Source of the DNA: Tannockella kyphosi
GTDB taxonomy: Bacteria > Bacillota_I > Bacilli_A > Erysipelotrichales > Coprobacillaceae
NCBI RefSeq assembly: GCF_021054785.1
Contig: NZ_CP088239.1
Coordinates: forward strand, 1,890,001 to 1,922,000
Direction: 5' to 3'
Length of the DNA stretch: 32,000 nt
Both the position numbers and the translations under genes were made by a program. The notes below the pieces were generated by a model, which searched no databases, was not told the DNA's origin, and worked only from the letters and a program-made list of their open reading frames with translations. The stretch's first letter is position 1; every line of letters begins with the position of its first letter. Below are positions 7,277 through 17,072 of the stretch, one piece after another.

Positions 7277-10099
7277 CTATAAAACCTTTCTTAAAAATTG
7301 TCCCGTATAACTTTGTTCACATTTACTAATTTTCTCTGGTGTTCCAGTAACAACAACCGTACCTCCAGCATCTCCACCTTCTGGCCCTAAATCAATAATA
7401 TGATCAGCTACCTTAATAACATCTAAATTATGTTCAATAATAATAACACTATCACCTTGCTCTACAATTCTTTGTAATACTTCTATTAACCTAGCAACAT
7501 CATGACTATGTAATCCTGTCGTTGGTTCATCTAAAATATAGACTGTTTTCCCAGTCGCTTTTTTCTGTAACTCACTCGCTAATTTTACACGTTGTGCTTC
7601 TCCTCCAGAAAGAGTAGTCGCACTTTGTCCTAGTTTAATATATCCTAATCCTACATCATATAATGTTTGTAACTTATTTTTTATTTTAGGTAAGTTACTA
7701 AAGAATTCTACAGCATCTTCAATTGTCATCTCTAATACATCATATATGTTTTTGCCTTTATATACAACTTGTAACGTCTCTTCATTGTAACGTTTTCCCT
7801 CACATTGTTCACAAGGAACATAAACATCTGGTAAAAAATGCATAGAAATACGCTTTAGCCCATCTCCTTGACAAGCTTCACAACGTCCACCCTTGACATT
7901 AAAAGAGAATCTTCCTTTATCATATCCTCTAATTTTTGCTTCATTTGTTTGTGCAAACAAATCACGAATATCATCAAATACTCCTGTATAAGTAACTGGA
8001 TTTGATCTTGGTGTACGTCCAATTGGATCTTGTGATACTTCAATTACCTTATCTACAAACTCTAATCCATTTATCTTTTTATGTTTTCCAGGTTTATCTT
8101 TTGAACGATAGATTGCACTCATCATTGCTTTACCTAAGATTTCATTAACTAACGTTGATTTTCCACTACCACTCACTCCTGTAACAACACACATCGTTCC
8201 TAAAGGAAAACTAACAGAAATATTCTTTAAATTATTTTCACTAGCACCTACTACTTCTATCTTATTTCCATTGCCTTTTTTACGCTTTTTAGGTTTTGCA
8301 ATAAACAATTGGCCTGACAAATACTTCCCTGTAATCGATTGTTCACATTGCATTACTTCCGCTGGTGTCCCAGCTGCAATAACCTCACCTCCATGAACTC
8401 CTGCACCAGGACCAATATCAATTAAATAATCACTAGCCCTCATTGTTTCTTCATCATGTTCTACTACCAATACACTATTACCTAAATCACGAATATTTTC
8501 TAACGTACGAATTAACTTATCATTGTCTCTTTGATGTAATCCAATCGATGGTTCATCTAAAACATAGAGCACTCCTGTTAAACGAGATCCTATTTGAGTA
8601 GCTAATCGGATTCGCTGTGCTTCTCCTCCTGAAAGGCCACCCGCTCTTCTTGATAATGTTAAATAGCCTAACCCTACATCATATAAAAATCCTAAACGAT
8701 CTTCTATTTCTTTAATAACTAATTTAGCAATCGTATACTCATAGTCACTTAATTGTAGATTGTGCATAAATTCTACTGCTTTTTCTATCGACATATCAGT
8801 AAACTCAGCAATATTTAGACCTCCTACACGAACTGATAAAACCTCTTCATTTAATCTTTTCCCACCACAAGTAGGACAAGTATGTTCCGCCATAAAAGAT
8901 GCATACCATTCTTTTGACCAAGCTGATGTAGTTTCTTCAAATCTTCTTTGAATTAATGTTTTTACTCCTTCAATTGGTTTTGTTGTAGAACTAACATTTC
9001 CTGAACTAGATACTAACTGATAACGAAAAGACTTAGAAGATCCTTCAAAAATTATCTTCAATTCTTTTTTTGTAAAATCTTGTAAAGGTTTATATAAATC
9101 AATATCATAATGATCACATAAAATTAAAAATCTTTGCCATTCAATCCGATCCGTACCAATCGCTGTCTTAAAATAACGAAGTCCACCCTCCATAATACTC
9201 AAAGACCAATCTGGTACCAATAAATCATTATCCACCTCATTCTTAACCCCTAAACCACGACAATCATGACATGCTCCTAAAGGATTATTAAAAGAAAATA
9301 ATCTTGGTTCTAATTTAGGTACTGAAAAACCACACTCAGGACAAGCTAAATGTTGTGAAAACAAACGAACAGTATGATTCGTAATATCCTCTACTAACAC
9401 TTCTCCACCTGTTAACTTTAACCCTACTTCCAATGAATCAATTAAACGACTACGATATCCTTCTTTTTTTATAATACGATCAATAACAACATCAATTGTA
9501 TAACGTTTATTTTTATCCAAGATAATTTCATCTTCTAATAAATGCATCTCTTCATTTATCTTAACACGAACATATCCATCCTTCATTAATTGTTCCAATG
9601 TATCTTTATGAGTCCCTTTTTTCTCACGAACAACACGTGCCAATACTTGTAACTTTGTTCCTTCTTCAAATAAATCAATGATATCTGCCATCTGTTTGAT
9701 TGTCTGAGACTCAATAACAGTTCCATGAATAGGACAATAAGCCTTACCAATACGGGCATACATCAAACGTAAATAATCAAATATCTCTGTCACCGTTCCT
9801 ACGGTAGAACGAGGATTATTCGATGTTGTCTTTTGATCAATAGCAATAGCAGGACATAGTCCTTCAATACTATCCACATCTGGCTTTTCCATATTCCCTA
9901 AAAACTGTCTAGCATAAGCACTTAATGACTCTACATATCTTCTTTGTCCTTCTGCATAAATAGTATCAAAAGCTAGCGATGTCTTACCAGAACCAGATAA
10001 CCCAGTCATGATAACTAACTTATCTTTTGGAATGATTAAATCAATATCTTTTAAATTATTTTCTCTAGCACCTTTTATCACTAACTGATCTTTTCTCAT
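7277..10099 (-). CDS. uvrA: Excinuclease ABC subunit A
   Basis: 940 aa with two ABC modules (GLSGSGKTS and GVSGSGKST; two LSGGE signatures) and Cys-rich zinc modules (CPECGF..CHDCRG; CEACQGDG..CEQCEGKR). Confidence 0.98.
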   Translation of the reverse strand: MRKDQLVIKGARENNLKDIDLIIPKDKLVIMTGLSGSGKTSLAFDTIYAEGQRRYVESLSAYARQFLGNMEKPDVDSIEGLCPAIAIDQKTTSNNPRSTVGTVTEIFDYLRLMYARIGKAYCPIHGTVIESQTIKQMADIIDLFEEGTKLQVLARVVREKKGTHKDTLEQLMKDGYVRVKINEEMHLLEDEIILDKNKRYTIDVVIDRIIKKEGYRSRLIDSLEVGLKLTGGEVLVEDITNHTVRLFSQHLACPECGFSVPKLEPRLFSFNNPLGACHDCRGLGVKNEVDNDLLVPDWSLSIMEGGLRYFKTAIGTDRIEWQRFLILCDHYDIDLYKPLQDFTKKELKIIFEGSSKSFRYQLVSSSGNVSSTTKPIEGVKTLIQRRFEETTSAWSKEWYASFMAEHTCPTCGGKRLNEEVLSVRVGGLNIAEFTDMSIEKAVEFMHNLQLSDYEYTIAKLVIKEIEDRLGFLYDVGLGYLTLSRRAGGLSGGEAQRIRLATQIGSRLTGVLYVLDEPSIGLHQRDNDKLIRTLENIRDLGNSVLVVEHDEETMRASDYLIDIGPGAGVHGGEVIAAGTPAEVMQCEQSITGKYLSGQLFIAKPKKRKKGNGNKIEVVGASENNLKNISVSFPLGTMCVVTGVSGSGKSTLVNEILGKAMMSAIYRSKDKPGKHKKINGLEFVDKVIEVSQDPIGRTPRSNPVTYTGVFDDIRDLFAQTNEAKIRGYDKGRFSFNVKGGRCEACQGDGLKRISMHFLPDVYVPCEQCEGKRYNEETLQVVYKGKNIYDVLEMTIEDAVEFFSNLPKIKNKLQTLYDVGLGYIKLGQSATTLSGGEAQRVKLASELQKKATGKTVYILDEPTTGLHSHDVARLIEVLQRIVEQGDSVIIIEHNLDVIKVADHIIDLGPEGGDAGGTVVVTGTPEKISKCEQSYTGQFLRKVL

Positions 10100-10102
10100 A
10101 TT

Positions 10103-11251
10103 TTACCTCTTCATTTCTTTTATATATTGTACCAATTCTCTTTTAGAATATCCACTTAATTGCTTTTGATAACAATCTTCATATAGTATTCCTAAATATT
10201 TAGATGGAACAATACCTAACTCTATAAAATCATTCCCTTTTAAAATAGGGGTAGGAGCATCCACCCCTAAATGATTTATTTTATTTTGTAATATCTTTTG
10301 TTCTTCTCTTTTTCCTATTACTTCTAACCAAGATAGTACATCTTCTAACAAAATATTACTATCTAATTGATGTAAAAATTGATAATATTTGCTATCTTCT
10401 TCGATATCTAACTCACTCATTGTTAATAACCTTTGATAATAATCTTTTATCTTTTTAGGTATACCAAAAAGATCACTTTGATAAAAGTGACATAATAAAC
10501 AAAGTAAATAACGTTCTTCTTTTTTACTATGATCAATGATACTATATTGTTCCTTAGATAATACTTGAATATATCCTATCTCAAAAAGAAAAACCAAACC
10601 AATACTTGGTTTTTGTCCGAATACTAATTTTTTTGTTTCTTCATATTTACGACTATTTGATAAAGTATCTAAACGATGGTTTTCAACCATATATTGACAT
10701 TGTTTTTTAGTTTGTTCATCTACAGTAAAAGAGAAACGTGATAAAAATTGAGCCAAACGCAATACTCTTAAAGGATCTTCTTCAAAAGTATCTTTATCAA
10801 CCATCCTTAAACATCCCTTATTCATGTCTTTTATCCCTTGATAAAAGTCATGAATAATTCCTTGATGATAATCATACATCAAAGCATTGATTGTAAAATC
10901 TCTTCTTTTTGATGCTTTTCGATAACAAAGAGCAGGATCTATTTGTACTTCAAATTCTTTATGTCCTACTCCTATTTGTTTTTCTATTCTTGGTAATGCA
11001 AAGTCTATCATAGGATATTCATTTAGCTTTACTATCCCAAAGCTTTTTCCTTGTTCATTTACTTTTCCAAATTGTTGTAATACATTTTGTAATTGTACCA
11101 TTGTTAAACCATATACTTCTACATCCATATCTTGGTTATCGATCTCTTGGTTTAATAAATAATCACGAACTGTACCACCCACAATAAAAACCTTACCACC
11201 AGCTATTTCTATTTCATCCAATATAGTAGAATATATTTCCTTTACTACCAT
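10103..11251 (-). CDS. Class II tRNA nucleotidyltransferase / poly(A) polymerase family protein (CCA-adding-enzyme-like, no HD domain)
   Basis: Head-domain motifs GGTVRD...DMDVE, LPRIEK..GVGHKEFEV, RRDFTINAL and EDPLRVLRLA. The ORF track starts at a GTG (11263) inside uvrB. The ATG at 11251 (MVVKEIY) follows GGTGA by 8 nt and the uvrB TAA by 1 nt. The stop lies 3 nt before the uvrA ATG. Confidence 0.8.
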   Translation of the reverse strand: MVVKEIYSTILDEIEIAGGKVFIVGGTVRDYLLNQEIDNQDMDVEVYGLTMVQLQNVLQQFGKVNEQGKSFGIVKLNEYPMIDFALPRIEKQIGVGHKEFEVQIDPALCYRKASKRRDFTINALMYDYHQGIIHDFYQGIKDMNKGCLRMVDKDTFEEDPLRVLRLAQFLSRFSFTVDEQTKKQCQYMVENHRLDTLSNSRKYEETKKLVFGQKPSIGLVFLFEIGYIQVLSKEQYSIIDHSKKEERYLLCLLCHFYQSDLFGIPKKIKDYYQRLLTMSELDIEEDSKYYQFLHQLDSNILLEDVLSWLEVIGKREEQKILQNKINHLGVDAPTPILKGNDFIELGIVPSKYLGILYEDCYQKQLSGYSKRELVQYIKEMKR

Positions 11252-11252
11252 C

Positions 11253-13226
11253 TTATTTTTCACCTTTAAGATCCAATAAGATATCTCTTAATTCCATCGC
11301 TCTTTCAAAATCCAAAGCTTTTGCAGCATCTTGCATTTGTTTTTCTAATTCTACTATCATTTCTTGTTTTTGTTTCTTGTTTGCTTTTCTTCCTTTGGAA
11401 ATAAAGTCACTTGCTTGTTCTACTACTTCTTGACCACGAATCGCATCACGAATTTCTTTTTTAACTGTTTGTGGAGTAATACTATGCTTTTCATTATATG
11501 CTTTTTGTATTTCACGACGTCTGTTTGTTTCATCAATCGCATATTGCATTGAATCTGTAATCTTATCTGCATACATAATAACATGACCTTTGCTATTTCT
11601 AGCTGCACGTCCAATAGTTTGAATAAGTGAACGATTGCTACGTAAAAAACCTTCTTTATCCGCATCTAAAATACAAACCAAGCTAACTTCTGGTAAGTCC
11701 AAACCTTCTCTTAGTAAGTTAATACCTACTAATACATCATATTTCCCTAAACGTAATTCTCTAAGAATTTGAATTCTTTCTAATGTTTTTGTTTCTGAAT
11801 GTAAATAAGCTACTTTAATACCTAATTCTTTTAAATAAGCACTTAAATCTTCTGCCATTCTTTTTGTTAAGGTAGTAATTAAAATACGTTCATTTACTTG
11901 TACCCGTTCATTAATTTGATAAACCAAATTATCAATTTGACCTTCACTGCCAATAATCTCTAATGTTGGATCTAACAATCCTGTTGGACGAATGATTTGT
12001 TCCACTACATCATGATCAACATGTCCTAACTCATAATCTCCTGGTGTTGCAGATACATAAATAGCTTGATTTACTAATCCTTCAAATTCTTCAAAAAATA
12101 AAGGACGATTATCTAATGCACTTGGTAAACGAAATCCATATTCTACTAATGTTGTTTTACGAGAACGATCACCATTATACATCCCTCTTACTTGTGGTAA
12201 CATAACATGACTTTCATCTACTATAAGTAAGAAATCATCTGGAAAATAATCTATCAACGTATAAGGTCTTTGTCCACTAGCACGACCATCTATATGACGA
12301 GAATAGTTTTCAATCCCTGGACACATACCCACTTCTTTTAACATTTCTACATCATGATTCGTACGTTGTTCTAATCGTTGAAATTCTAATAACTTATTTT
12401 CATCTTTTAGTTCTTTTAAACGTTCTTGTAATTCTGCACTAATTGTAGTACAAGCATGCAACATTTGTTGCTTGTTTGTAACATAACCATAGGCTGGATA
12501 AATTGTATAAGTAGGATAGTTTTTTTGTGCTTTTCCTGTTAAAGGATCTACTTCACTAATCTTTTCTACCTCATCTCCAAATAATTCAATACGAATTAAA
12601 TATGCTTCTGTATGTCCAGGAACAATTTCAACAACATCCCCTCTTACTCGAAATGTCCCTTTTGATTGATCCATATCATTACGTTGATATTGACGATCTA
12701 CTAAAAATGTTAATAACTCTTTTCTATCTATTATTTGTCCTACTCGCACAGAAAAAATCATTTCTTTATACTGTTCGGGATTACTTGTTCCATAAATAGA
12801 TGCAACAGAAGCCACTACGATAGTGTCTCTTCTTTCAATCAAAGAGTTCATAGCGGCTGAGCGTAACATTTCTATTTCATAATTAGTTTTTGAATTCTTA
12901 TCGATATATAAATCTCTACCTGGAATATATGCTTCTGGTTGATAAAAATCGAAATTTGAAACAAAGTATTCTACTCGATTATGTGGGAAGAATTCTTTAA
13001 ATTCAGAATATAATTGACCTGCTAGTGTCTTATTATGTGCTAACACTAACGTTGGTTTATTTACTTTTGCAATTACATTCGAAACAGTAAAAGTCTTTCC
13101 AGTCCCTGTACCACCCAATAATACCTGTTCTTTTTTACCTTGATGAATACCTTTTACTAATTCATCAATTGCTTTTACTTGGTCACCTTTTGGACTATAT
13201 TGTGATTCTAACAAAAACTGTTCCAT
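11253..13226 (-). CDS. uvrB: Excinuclease ABC subunit B
   Basis: 657 aa with helicase motif [13 protein letters not shown] box (VDESHV), motif VI (TIGRAARN) and a C-terminal UVR domain (..[11 protein letters not shown]..). Confidence 0.98.
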   Translation of the reverse strand: MEQFLLESQYSPKGDQVKAIDELVKGIHQGKKEQVLLGGTGTGKTFTVSNVIAKVNKPTLVLAHNKTLAGQLYSEFKEFFPHNRVEYFVSNFDFYQPEAYIPGRDLYIDKNSKTNYEIEMLRSAAMNSLIERRDTIVVASVASIYGTSNPEQYKEMIFSVRVGQIIDRKELLTFLVDRQYQRNDMDQSKGTFRVRGDVVEIVPGHTEAYLIRIELFGDEVEKISEVDPLTGKAQKNYPTYTIYPAYGYVTNKQQMLHACTTISAELQERLKELKDENKLLEFQRLEQRTNHDVEMLKEVGMCPGIENYSRHIDGRASGQRPYTLIDYFPDDFLLIVDESHVMLPQVRGMYNGDRSRKTTLVEYGFRLPSALDNRPLFFEEFEGLVNQAIYVSATPGDYELGHVDHDVVEQIIRPTGLLDPTLEIIGSEGQIDNLVYQINERVQVNERILITTLTKRMAEDLSAYLKELGIKVAYLHSETKTLERIQILRELRLGKYDVLVGINLLREGLDLPEVSLVCILDADKEGFLRSNRSLIQTIGRAARNSKGHVIMYADKITDSMQYAIDETNRRREIQKAYNEKHSITPQTVKKEIRDAIRGQEVVEQASDFISKGRKANKKQKQEMIVELEKQMQDAAKALDFERAMELRDILLDLKGEK

Positions 13227-13236
13227 TTTTTCACCT

Positions 13237-14649
13237 CTAATTCAACATTGTTAATACTGCTTTATATTGTAAATCATTAGCATCATCTTGAATACAAATC
13301 ATTGTTCTACCAATTAAATAATGATGATCCGCATTACTATAAACACCATCTACTTCTAAACCATAATCCGCTTCAAAAGCTTCCAAAGCTTCCTTTGTAC
13401 TTTCTGAAAAATAACCATCCTGACGATCAACATCATACCCTAAAATAACTAACATCTTTTGCAAGGCAAGTACTCCTGTATCAACCATATCTTCACTCAA
13501 ATCAGTAGTTAAATCAGCTGTACTAATATTAGAAATATCTAAATTTTCTACCTCTACATCCGGTATAATTCCAACTTCATCAATATATTGTCCATTTGCA
13601 CTTAACCATCTTGCATACGTATATTTTAAAATAGAACCATCTGACAATTGATATTGTGTTTGTGCAGTTCCTTTACCATAACTAGTAGTCCCTACAATCG
13701 TATAATCCAACATATCTTGCAATGAAGTAGTTACTAATTCTGAAGCACTAGCAGAGCTTTCATTAATTAAAATATAACCACTATCAAAATGATACTTTGT
13801 ACAATTTGTTGCATAAGTTACTTCTGCTGGACCACTATTTCCTTGCATTTGATAAATAGGATCTCCTGCTTCAATAAACAAATCTAAAATATCACTAGCA
13901 GCCGATAAATATCCACCACCATTATCTCTTAAATCAATAACCAATGTCTCTACACCCGTTGCTTCAAAAACTTGTAAAGCCGCTTCTACTTCACTACTTG
14001 TACTAGTTCCAAACGTAGTAATCTCAATATACCCAAATAAAGTTCCATTATAAGTACGAATTTCATATTCTGTAGAAATATCTACATCTTCTCTAGGTAC
14101 ATCCACACTAAACTCTTCTGTTCCTCTTAAAATAGTTAACGTTACATAAGTTCCTTCTTCACCACGAATAAGATCCACTACTTCATCTGAAGTTAATCCC
14201 TCCAAAGAAGTCCCATCTGCTTCCATAATAATATCCCCTACTTCTAACCCTAACTCACTAGAAGGAGTTTCCTCATAAACACGAGTAATCATTCCCCCTG
14301 TTTCTAACATATGAAACCCAACCCCAATACCAACATAAGTTCCACTAACAGAATCATTAAAAGTAGCTGCTTCCTCTACCGTTAAATAACTAGAATGAGC
14401 ATCTCCTAATCCATCCACTAACCCTTCAATCGAATTACTTTCAAAATCAATATCTTCACCCGAACCATTATACCATTTTGACTCTATTACTTCATATGCT
14501 TCATCAAACAAAGCCTTCTCACTATTTAATACAATGGTAGTATCTTGAAAAAGCAAGCTTACTGCCAAACATACTACTAACATCACATTTATAATAAAGC
14601 TAACAATAAATGCTATATTATACTTCTTTTTTCTTATATTTTTATTCAT
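13237..14649 (-). CDS. S41 family C-terminal processing peptidase with N-terminal membrane anchor, PDZ domain and C-terminal peptidoglycan-binding domain
   Basis: TM helix ([21 protein letters not shown]) and a PDZ-like region ([13 protein letters not shown]). S41 core includes NESSASASE (Ser) and YGKGT (Lys). The PG_binding_1-like tail reads [34 protein letters not shown]. The ORF track start at 14679 is a GTG. The ATG at 14649 follows GAGGTG by 6 nt. Confidence 0.88.
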   Translation of the reverse strand: MNKNIRKKKYNIAFIVSFIINVMLVVCLAVSLLFQDTTIVLNSEKALFDEAYEVIESKWYNGSGEDIDFESNSIEGLVDGLGDAHSSYLTVEEAATFNDSVSGTYVGIGVGFHMLETGGMITRVYEETPSSELGLEVGDIIMEADGTSLEGLTSDEVVDLIRGEEGTYVTLTILRGTEEFSVDVPREDVDISTEYEIRTYNGTLFGYIEITTFGTSTSSEVEAALQVFEATGVETLVIDLRDNGGGYLSAASDILDLFIEAGDPIYQMQGNSGPAEVTYATNCTKYHFDSGYILINESSASASELVTTSLQDMLDYTIVGTTSYGKGTAQTQYQLSDGSILKYTYARWLSANGQYIDEVGIIPDVEVENLDISNISTADLTTDLSEDMVDTGVLALQKMLVILGYDVDRQDGYFSESTKEALEAFEADYGLEVDGVYSNADHHYLIGRTMICIQDDANDLQYKAVLTMLN

Positions 14650-14669
14650 TGAATTCACCTCGTTTCTAT

Positions 14670-14698
14670 ATTTTATCACATTAAGAACTTAATTTCAT
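14670..14698 (-). promoter_or_regulatory. Candidate promoter of the eight-gene ctp-uvr-hprK-trxB unit (extended -10)
   Basis: Minus strand ATGAAA (14698-14693), 17 nt, TGaTAAAAT (TG at 14680-14679, TAAAAT at 14675-14670). The -35 element is weak. Confidence 0.4.
14684..14697. promoter_or_regulatory. Degenerate Cheo/SOS-like box (possible LexA site)
   Basis: Plus strand AGAAC-TTAA-TTTCA versus the Firmicutes consensus CGAAC-N4-GTTCG. One core half-site is perfect. The other has one core mismatch. The box overlaps the -35/spacer of the candidate promoter. Confidence 0.25.
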
Positions 14699-14828
14699 TA
14701 AAACTACGTTTTTATCAAAATAAGTTATAATATGGGAGAAAACAAGCACTTCTATTATCCTCTTTTCTTATAAAATTATACATTATATCTACTTAATTCC
14801 ATTTTATAAGCTTTTAGACAATCGTAGT

Positions 14829-14857
14829 TTGACTTAGCGTTCTTTCAGTGCTACACT
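14829..14857 (+). promoter_or_regulatory. Promoter of the patB-like gene
   Basis: TTGACT (14829-14834), 17 nt, TACACT (14852-14857). A short leader follows, with SD AAGGGGGAG. Confidence 0.5.
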
Positions 14858-14898
14858 TACTTTATTAATACAAAATTACATAAGGGGGAGAAACAAAT

Positions 14899-16092
14899 AT
14901 GTATAATTTTGATGAAATTATTGACAGAACAAATACGAGTGCTGTTAGTACAGATGGATATCGAGGGTCCATCTTTAAAAATGGTGTTCCTGAAAACATC
15001 CCATACAAAGAAGAAGATTTAATTCGTATGTGGATTGCCGACATGGAACTAGCAACACCTGATGTTGTCTTAGACGCAATGAAAGAACGTCTAGATAGAA
15101 AAATACTAGGGTATACGAATATCTTTGGTGATGACTATGTAAACACTTTTTTAAATTGGTGTCAAAAACGTTATGATTGGTCTTTTGAAAAAGAAGAATT
15201 AATTATTTCTCATGGGATTGTTCCAGCACTTTTAGATTTAGCAGGAATCATATGTAAAGAAGATGAAAAGGTCCTTATTATGACACCATCTTATGTACAT
15301 TTCCAAACTGCTGCTACTTTTAATGATCGTGATTTAGTTTGTAGTAACTTATTATATGAAGATGGTTATTATCAAATAGATTTTGATGACTTCAAAGAAA
15401 AAGCAAAAGATCCAAAAACAACATTATTTATCTTATGTAATCCTCATAACCCAAGTGGTCGTGTATGGTCAAAAGAAGAATTAGAAAAACTTGCTACTAT
15501 TGTAGAAGAAAATAATTTATGGGTTATTTCAGATGAAATCCATTGTGATTTATTACGTAGAAATCAAACTCATATTCCTTTTGGTAAAATAATGCCTAAC
15601 TATTCTCATTTAGTAACTGCAATGGCACCCAGTAAAACATTTAACTTAGCTGGTATGATGATATCGAATCTTCTTATTAGAGATAAAGAGTTATCTGCTA
15701 CTTGGAAGAAACTTCATCATGGTGGAGAAAATCCACTAAGTCTTGTAGCCTGCCAAACTGCTTATGATAAAGGAGAACCTTGGTTAGAAGAATTAATTGA
15801 TTACTTAGATGAAAACTTTGCTTATACCCAAACATTTTTACAAACTCATCTACCAAAAGCGAAATTCACTATTTCTCAAGCTACTTACTTAGCTTGGATT
15901 GATTTAAATGCTTATTTTGATAAAGGAGAAGATATTGCTGTCTTCTTTGCATGTAATGCAGGTGTTATTTTAGAAAGTGGAAATATGTTTGTTCAAAACT
16001 CTGAAGGTTTTGTACGATTAAACTTAGCTTGTCCTAAATCTCAAGTTGTAGAAGGATTAAGACGTATGGCTGAAGCGTTAGATAAAAAATAG
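14899..16092 (+). CDS. patB: MalY/PatB-family PLP-dependent C-S lyase (cystathionine beta-lyase-type aminotransferase class I/II)
   Basis: 397 aa with the PLP-lysine context APSKTFNLAGM, and LCNPHNPSGRVW and ISDEIH motifs typical of this family. Confidence 0.85.
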   Translation: MYNFDEIIDRTNTSAVSTDGYRGSIFKNGVPENIPYKEEDLIRMWIADMELATPDVVLDAMKERLDRKILGYTNIFGDDYVNTFLNWCQKRYDWSFEKEELIISHGIVPALLDLAGIICKEDEKVLIMTPSYVHFQTAATFNDRDLVCSNLLYEDGYYQIDFDDFKEKAKDPKTTLFILCNPHNPSGRVWSKEELEKLATIVEENNLWVISDEIHCDLLRRNQTHIPFGKIMPNYSHLVTAMAPSKTFNLAGMMISNLLIRDKELSATWKKLHHGGENPLSLVACQTAYDKGEPWLEELIDYLDENFAYTQTFLQTHLPKAKFTISQATYLAWIDLNAYFDKGEDIAVFFACNAGVILESGNMFVQNSEGFVRLNLACPKSQVVEGLRRMAEALDKK

Positions 16093-16104
16093 ATATGACA
16101 TAAT

Positions 16105-16146
16105 AATAGCGAATTGGCCTAACTGGTCGATTCGCTATTCTTATTT
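16105..16146 (+). terminator. Intrinsic terminator after the patB-like gene
   Basis: AATAGCGAAT, 15-nt loop, ATTCGCTATT, followed by CTTATTT. Confidence 0.65.
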
Positions 16147-16152
16147 CTAGCA

Positions 16153-16191
16153 ATAAATAAAATAACGAAGTAGCAACATACTACTCCGTTA
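16153..16191 (-). terminator. Intrinsic terminator after the SDR gene
   Basis: Minus strand UAACGGAGUAG-UAUGUUG-CUACUUCGUUA (11 bp, one G-U) followed by UUUUAUUU. Confidence 0.7.
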
Positions 16192-16209
16192 TCAAAAATT
16201 TATTTAACA

Positions 16210-16998
16210 TTACCACATTTTTAAACTATGAATCATATAATCTGAATAAGCATGTGCTGTAGAACTTAATCCTCCATCCACTACTAATTCTGTACCATTA
16301 CAATATGTTGACATATCACTAGCAAGGAATAAACAAGCTTCTGCAATTTCAGACACATTTCCGGCACGTTTAAGTGGGATTGTTTCTTCATAGCTAGCAC
16401 GTAATTCTGCAAATTCTGGTGCTGCAACTAATGGTGTATCTACAAATCCTGGAAGTAAGCAATTTACACGTACATTGAATTTTGCGAATTCTAATGCACC
16501 TGTTTTAGATAAGGCTCTAACTGCCCATTTTGCACTACAATATGCTGCTCCAAATAATTGTCCATCAAGTCCACTGGTAGATGCAATATTAATGATTGAT
16601 CCATTCCCTTGAGCTGCCATTAAACCTCCAATATATTTCATACCTAATAACACAGAAACTTGGTCTACTGAAACAACACGCATATATAATTCTACAGGGA
16701 AATCTAAAATTGGTTTATTTCCTCCAATACCTGCATTGTTTACTAAAACATCAACATGTCCATATTTTTCTTTTGCTAGTGCTGCAAGTTCTTTCCATTG
16801 TTCTTCATCAGCAACATCATGTTTATAAAACATTGCTTGATCACCTAGTTCTTTTTGATAAGATGTTCCAAGTTCTTCATTGATATCAGTTATAATAACT
16901 GTTGCACCTTCTTCAATAAAACGTTTTGCATATGCAGCACCCATACCACTAGCACCACCTGTTACAATTACTACTTTGTCTTTTAATAATTCCATCAT
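16210..16998 (-). CDS. SDR-family NAD(P)-dependent oxidoreductase, 3alpha(or 20beta)-hydroxysteroid-dehydrogenase-like
   Basis: Cofactor motif TGGASGMG, NNAG, and catalytic Ser (IASTSG) plus YCSAK (YxxxK). By eye it is collinear with the FabG3 / 3alpha-20beta-HSD subgroup (..ELGD..DV..EE.W.., SKWAVR.LSK, VRVN...PG). The true start is the ATG at 16998/16995, after GGAGGAG. The ORF-track N-terminal extension has no SD. Confidence 0.85.
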   Translation of the reverse strand: MMELLKDKVVIVTGGASGMGAAYAKRFIEEGATVIITDINEELGTSYQKELGDQAMFYKHDVADEEQWKELAALAKEKYGHVDVLVNNAGIGGNKPILDFPVELYMRVVSVDQVSVLLGMKYIGGLMAAQGNGSIINIASTSGLDGQLFGAAYCSAKWAVRALSKTGALEFAKFNVRVNCLLPGFVDTPLVAAPEFAELRASYEETIPLKRAGNVSEIAEACLFLASDMSTYCNGTELVVDGGLSSTAHAYSDYMIHSLKMW

Positions 16999-17072
16999 AT
17001 TTTCTCCTCCTATTTTATAAAGATATAAAGCGTCTTTATTCGCTATATTGATACTCAACAATATTTATTATT

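Noticed and set aside
14680-14898. The 220-bp region upstream of the patB-like C-S lyase was checked for an S-box/SAM riboswitch or a T-box.
   Set aside because: No T-box GGUGG/antiterminator, no terminator hairpin and no SAM-riboswitch core were found. The TTGACT-17-TACACT promoter leaves only a ~35-nt leader.
16596-16883. 95-aa antisense ORF inside the SDR gene, and a 61-aa ORF at 17654-17839 antisense to the MBL hydrolase.
   Set aside because: They lie opposite well-supported enzyme genes. Their composition is Leu/His/Gln-rich mirror-codon sequence. They have no SD or promoter.
16999-17061. N-terminal extensions in the ORF track. They affect the SDR (16999-17061), argS (24345-24389), S41 peptidase (14650-14679), punA (29796-29810), trxB (4875-4883), the NTase (11252-11263) and the hydrolase (30680-30685).
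   Set aside because: Each extension begins at a codon without a correctly spaced Shine-Dalgarno. In each case a downstream ATG or GTG has a strong SD at 6-9 nt and yields a family-typical N-terminus.
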